From Clostridia bacterium (GTDB lineage: Bacteria; Bacillota; Peptococcia; DRI-13; SM3-B62), in the NCBI GenBank assembly GCA_018433675.1, contig JAHDQS010000002.1, positions 24,884-88,883 on the forward strand: 64,000 bases of DNA, in the 5' to 3' direction. A program made the position numbers and the translations under genes. Positions 59,790 through 64,000 of this stretch are shown here, one piece after another. The stretch's first letter is position 1. Every line of letters starts with the position of its first letter. Below the pieces are notes generated by a model. The model ran no database searches. It saw nothing but the letters and a program-made list of their open reading frames with translations, and was not told the origin of the DNA.

Positions 59790-61238
59790 TCATTCAATAC
59801 CTTTGTATCCGTTTTTTTCTGCATGGCCCAGCAAATACAGAAAGGCAAAAGCTGGAATACGAATGAGTTCGTCGCCATCAGTAGTATTGTGGACGCCATA
59901 GTCATTTGCATTTTTGGTTATAATGATTGCGGCAGATGCTTCTTTGCAGAGTTGGCAGATAACGTCATTATCGGCAACGGGTGCACCTTCCCGGTATTTC
60001 ACTTCAATCAGAATGTTCTTGTTATTGGAATATTCGACTACAATGTCAACTTCTTTATCCTTGCGCCCACCTCGATAGTAACCGACTGAGGTTGTTTTTT
60101 GATAATAGAATGCTGCTACATGCTTATAAACAGCGGTTTCCACTACTTTACCCATTTCGACCGGATCGGTGAGAATGGAATCATCCATTAGAACTGCGTT
60201 GCGAAGGGCCGCATCCGCGATGTAGATTTTAGGACTGGCTTTCAGTATCTTTTTTCCTGCCATATCAATTGGCCAACTTTGATAAATCAGATTGGCACTT
60301 TCTAAGTAGCGAATATAGTTTTCTACAGTTGGGCGGGAGACACCCTGCAATTCCTTAGCAATAGCTTCAATGGATACAATAGAAGACGATACATTGCAAA
60401 GGTAAAGGAAGATGCGCTCCAACTCTGTGGAATTTCGGATAGGATAAAGAGAGGGCAGATCTCTTTTTAAGACCTTGTCAACAACATCTTCACGCAATAT
60501 CTGTTGGGCCATCAAATCATTGTCTGCCAGTGCCAGTTCTGGGAAGCCGCCAATCTGCAAATAACGCGCAAAGTGATTATAAACCTTTGATAGCTGCAGC
60601 ATGGTCTGCGTTCGCTCCTGCTGGGACGTATGGAGCAGAGAGGTGATATTAACGGAAGGAGCCAAATCAGGCTTCTCGATATTCATCAGCTCACAGTATT
60701 CGTAGAAGGACATGGTGGGAACCTGGATGACTGACCATCTACCGGCTCCGCTTTCATTGGTTCCTTTCATTAAAACGGGGCTGGCAGAGCCGGTGGCTAC
60801 AACTTTTGTGTCCGGCTGCATATCATAAATGGTTTTCAGCCACTTATCCCAATCCTGGGCATACTGAATTTCATCAAAAAAGTAGTAGCAGTCCCGTTCG
60901 GCATAAATATTTTCGTGATAACAATCCAATATCTCGTTGATAGCGCTCAGCTTCAGCATGGGATGATCCATCGAAATATAGATAATTTTCGTTGGATCAA
61001 TTACACTTTTTAGCAGGCTTTCAATCATCTGATATTGTATGGTTGTCTTTCCAACGCGACGCGTTCCCGTAAGAACAACAGAACGGCGAATTTCAGTCTG
61101 CTCCAAACGCTTCATTGCTTCATAAAACGCGAATCTTCTATATGTTTTAGCAAACTTCGTATTGACCATGCCCGTTTTCCACCACGGGTTATAAGCTGTC
61201 AAAACCTTCAGGATACCTTCCTTTGTTGTAATTGGCAT
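59790..61238 (-). CDS. AAA+ ATP-binding protein (AAA_14 plus DUF4143-type C-terminus)
   Basis: NPWW, G.RRVGKTT Walker A, FFDEIQ Walker B, TGS, GGFPE, EVDIV...IEVK; start at ATG 61238 after AGGTGG. Confidence 0.88.
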   Translation of the reverse strand: MPITTKEGILKVLTAYNPWWKTGMVNTKFAKTYRRFAFYEAMKRLEQTEIRRSVVLTGTRRVGKTTIQYQMIESLLKSVIDPTKIIYISMDHPMLKLSAINEILDCYHENIYAERDCYYFFDEIQYAQDWDKWLKTIYDMQPDTKVVATGSASPVLMKGTNESGAGRWSVIQVPTMSFYEYCELMNIEKPDLAPSVNITSLLHTSQQERTQTMLQLSKVYNHFARYLQIGGFPELALADNDLMAQQILREDVVDKVLKRDLPSLYPIRNSTELERIFLYLCNVSSSIVSIEAIAKELQGVSRPTVENYIRYLESANLIYQSWPIDMAGKKILKASPKIYIADAALRNAVLMDDSILTDPVEMGKVVETAVYKHVAAFYYQKTTSVGYYRGGRKDKEVDIVVEYSNNKNILIEVKYREGAPVADNDVICQLCKEASAAIIITKNANDYGVHNTTDGDELIRIPAFAFLYLLGHAEKNGYKGIE

Positions 61239-61381
61239 AAAACCACCTACTTTCAAGCATAAGAGTAGCATTTACTTTCATTATTGTCAACTATTATTAT
61301 AAATATACTTATAATATATAATTATAATTATTAATTTTAATATGATACTGCCTACTCTTTCATTGAGCTAATTTTATCCTA

Positions 61382-61432
61382 TTGACTTTTATTACGGTTA
61401 CTGATATATTAATTACAGTAACCGTAATAAAA
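61382..61432 (+). promoter_or_regulatory. padR promoter with palindromic auto-operator
   Basis: TTGACT-17-TATATT; 17-bp inverted repeat TTTTATTACGGTTACTG / CAGTAACCGTAATAAAA. Confidence 0.7.
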
Positions 61433-61445
61433 TGGAGGTCTAAAG

Positions 61446-61772
61446 TTGAGAGATAATGTGAAAGGTGGTGCTTTAACAGAGGTGACATTCTTTGTACTTT
61501 TATCTCTGTATCAGCCGAAGCACGGATATGCCATTATGCAGTTCATTGAGGATAAAACCGCAGGCCGTCTTTCCTTGGGGGCAGGTACTTTATATGGTGC
61601 GTTAAATTCTTTACAGGGCAAAGGTTGGATTGCATCATATGGAAACAATGAGGGACGCAAAAAAGAGTACCTAATAACGCAACAAGGAAAAGAAATTGCG
61701 GAAAAGGAACTGTGTAGGCTTAACGAGCTTCTGCATATTGCAACAGAAATTGTGGGAGGCAGTAAATTATGA
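61446..61772 (+). CDS. PadR-family transcriptional regulator
   Basis: LLSL..P.HGY.IM, GAGTLYG.L, RKK.Y.IT..G. Confidence 0.93.
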   Translation: MRDNVKGGALTEVTFFVLLSLYQPKHGYAIMQFIEDKTAGRLSLGAGTLYGALNSLQGKGWIASYGNNEGRKKEYLITQQGKEIAEKELCRLNELLHIATEIVGGSKL

Positions 61773-62356
61773 GCAAAACGTGTTACCGCTATTTTGGGGG
61801 ATTACTTAATGTACAAGAAAAGTGGCTTAATAAGATGGCTGCAAAAGGATACAGGCTTGTGCGATCAGACAAGATGTTATATGAATTTGAGGAATGTGCG
61901 CCGAATGATGTGCAATATCGCATGGAGTTCATTGGGCAAAAAACCAAAAATAGTGCTGAGGATTACCGTGATTTCCTGGAAGGTATGGGTTATAAGGTCT
62001 TTTATAAAAGCATTAATCTCAACTATTCAATAGGTAAGGTTCGTTATCGACCATGGGCCCAAAAGGGCGCCCGAATAGCAACGAACTCCACGACATTTAA
62101 TCGGGAACTTTTCATTGTTGAAAAAGATAACGATGGAAAACCTTTTGAATTGCATACTTCATTTGAGGATAGAGCGAAGTATTACCAAAACATAAGAAAT
62201 GCATGGCTTTGGGTATTCATCGTTGTTGCCCTCAGCGGTGCATTGGTGCGTTCTATATTTTGGGGAATCATTGCGTTAATTGCTTTAATTCCCGTTGTTG
62301 TTTACCAGATACAAATTTTTAAAAACAGGCATAATGCAAATATACAAGAATGGTGA
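61769..62356 (+). CDS. DUF2812-domain membrane protein
   Basis: EKWLNKMAAKGY.L, YEFE, C-terminal TM pair; typical PadR partner. Confidence 0.8.
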   Translation: MSKTCYRYFGGLLNVQEKWLNKMAAKGYRLVRSDKMLYEFEECAPNDVQYRMEFIGQKTKNSAEDYRDFLEGMGYKVFYKSINLNYSIGKVRYRPWAQKGARIATNSTTFNRELFIVEKDNDGKPFELHTSFEDRAKYYQNIRNAWLWVFIVVALSGALVRSIFWGIIALIALIPVVVYQIQIFKNRHNANIQEW

Positions 62357-62392
62357 TGGTTTTTTTACTCTTGTTTAGTGGTATGTGTGGTC

Positions 62393-64000
62393 TTATTCCT
62401 CCTGCGTTTTCAAAGCTTCGCTCAACGTTAATTTGTCGATCTTCGTTGTGGAGATGGTCTTTGCAACTTCAAATGTAGACATAATAATAGTAAATCCAAC
62501 CAGGTAGTACAGGGGTTTCATTGTCGCCGTCAGGGAAATATCGAAGTATTCCAGTACTATAAACAAGAGCTTAGCTGTAGCAAATCCCATAGGAGCCCCT
62601 ATCAAGTAACCGAGTACAACGAAAATGCGTGAGCTGTTCAGCATCATCGAACTGACTTCCTTGCTCTTATAGCCGAATACCTTCATCAAAGATATCTGCT
62701 CCTTGCTTTCGTCGATACTGATAGAAGCGATTATATAAAGTATGATAATTCCGAGGGCAAATGCAACTGCGCAAATACCATATACGAACAAACGCATCAG
62801 GGCAGTATATTTTTTCATATCGGAGGCCATTGTTTCGGCAGATTTAGTTTTAAACGCGTGTTCACCAAGCTCGAGAGGGGAGGTTGCCATGATTGCGTTG
62901 TATGAGCCTTGTTCCCATCCCATAAGTGCATCGAAGCCGTCAAGCGACATAAATACATAATCGCCTTTGTCCACGTCGGCAATATCGGTGATCAGAAGCT
63001 CGTATTCGCCATCGTTAATAACATCAATAAAAGAAAGCGTATCGCCAACTGCCAAACCGTATCTGTTTGCCATTGGCGCGCTTATAACGACCATATCCCC
63101 GCTTACTATAAGCGGACTTCCGGATCTGTCTTTGAGCGTAATAAGCTGCGCGTCATCGGTGATACCGGCAAGTTGGAAGCGATCGGAAAAGTTTTTTGTG
63201 GGTATCATGTTCCATGCGGCGATTGTCTCGCCGCCTTCGGGAACGGGATCGGTCCGGGGCGTTGTGGAGGCGTATTCGATTGAATGGTGGAAGGTTTCGC
63301 TTTCAGGAGGATTGAGCATTGAAGCAAAGGAACTGTCTCCGGCAAAACCGTACAGAATAAACATAGATGCTATCATAACGCCGATAACGGTGAAAATAAG
63401 GTTCGGGATAGAACGCAGTCGTTCACGAACGGCAAATTTCGTTTTAAATGGCAGTCTGCTTAAATTTATTTTCCGTTCAAGAATATTAATATTCTTTTCT
63501 TTGCCGTCGTTGCGGAGCAACTCAGAAGGCATACGACGGAATATTTTTTTCAGCGATATAAAGCTACCAAGACTGAATATAAAACAGCAGAGTATTGTTC
63601 CGAAAAGCAAATACAAAGGATTGTAAGAAATGTTTTGTACGGGCATTTGGAAGAAACCGAGCATCATTGCAAGTGCGGGTTTCAGCGCCGCCATACCCGC
63701 AAGACCGCCTAACACACTGCCGAAAACAGCAATTATAACGGGATAGCACAGATAGTGGGTGATAAGCTCTTTTCTTCTGTACCCTTGTGCATAAAGAGTG
63801 CCAATGATTTTTGACTGGCTTTTTATCAGTCTGCTTTGAACGATAGCTATGAGAAATGCCGTGATTAGCATAAAAATAGTGGGGATGAGCGCCGAACAAA
63901 TTACGATAGCGGTGACCTCTATATCCAGCAGGGATATTTTCATATTGTATTTTGCATAATCCCATGAGGCTATAGCAACGCCCTGTTCGTTAAGATAGGC
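62393..64000 (-). CDS. ABC transporter permease (FtsX-like), 5' part beyond window
   Basis: IGTLYAQGY and ISLMKVFGY FtsX motifs; frame open to window edge. Confidence 0.85.
   Translation of the reverse strand, partial: AYLNEQGVAIASWDYAKYNMKISLLDIEVTAIVICSALIPTIFMLITAFLIAIVQSRLIKSQSKIIGTLYAQGYRRKELITHYLCYPVIIAVFGSVLGGLAGMAALKPALAMMLGFFQMPVQNISYNPLYLLFGTILCCFIFSLGSFISLKKIFRRMPSELLRNDGKEKNINILERKINLSRLPFKTKFAVRERLRSIPNLIFTVIGVMIASMFILYGFAGDSSFASMLNPPESETFHHSIEYASTTPRTDPVPEGGETIAAWNMIPTKNFSDRFQLAGITDDAQLITLKDRSGSPLIVSGDMVVISAPMANRYGLAVGDTLSFIDVINDGEYELLITDIADVDKGDYVFMSLDGFDALMGWEQGSYNAIMATSPLELGEHAFKTKSAETMASDMKKYTALMRLFVYGICAVAFALGIIILYIIASISIDESKEQISLMKVFGYKSKEVSSMMLNSSRIFVVLGYLIGAPMGFATAKLLFIVLEYFDISLTATMKPLYYLVGFTIIMSTFEVAKTISTTKIDKLTLSEALKTQEE

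Noticed and set aside
1-64000. CRISPR arrays, IS elements, prophage genes, rRNA
   Set aside because: No regularly spaced repeats, transposase/integrase/phage motifs or rRNA-like sequence recognised by eye

Overview
Chromosomal segment of an anaerobic, probably spore-forming Firmicute (Clostridia/Peptococcaceae-like, inferred from gene content and RBS style). The left arm holds AmmeMemoRadiSam genes, an HD-GYP gene, an arg operon (argCJBD-M20 hydrolase-argFGH), a ZIP transporter, an unannotated 37-aa Cys/Trp-tailed ORF and tRNA-Pro(CGG). The centre (about 17.4-38.8 kb) is a catabolic island bounded by a 24-bp direct repeat (the 3' end of a metallophosphoesterase gene) plus a decayed copy of the gene that follows the island. 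It encodes an ICL/PEP-mutase-family lyase, TAXI-TRAP transporter, Fe-ADH, PrpD, PrpF, single-chain aconitase, Mo-aldehyde oxidoreductase, OYE flavoenzyme, LUD and AbrB proteins and an IclR regulator. These are interleaved with relics (leuC/leuD, AOR, prpF, iclR, lyase, Na+/solute symporter) that suggest two paralogous modules with reciprocal gene loss. A highly structured, unidentified RNA leader precedes iclR-acn-prpF. The right arm holds an Fe-S flavoprotein pair with a SASP, YtoI-like, MCP, dnaE-coaD-mtrB-pyk, a YerC/HisR regulator with his operon, and accessory genes (AAA ATPase, PadR-DUF2812, ABC permease). No CRISPR array, integrase or transposase was recognised. All calls are by eye; no database searches were run.
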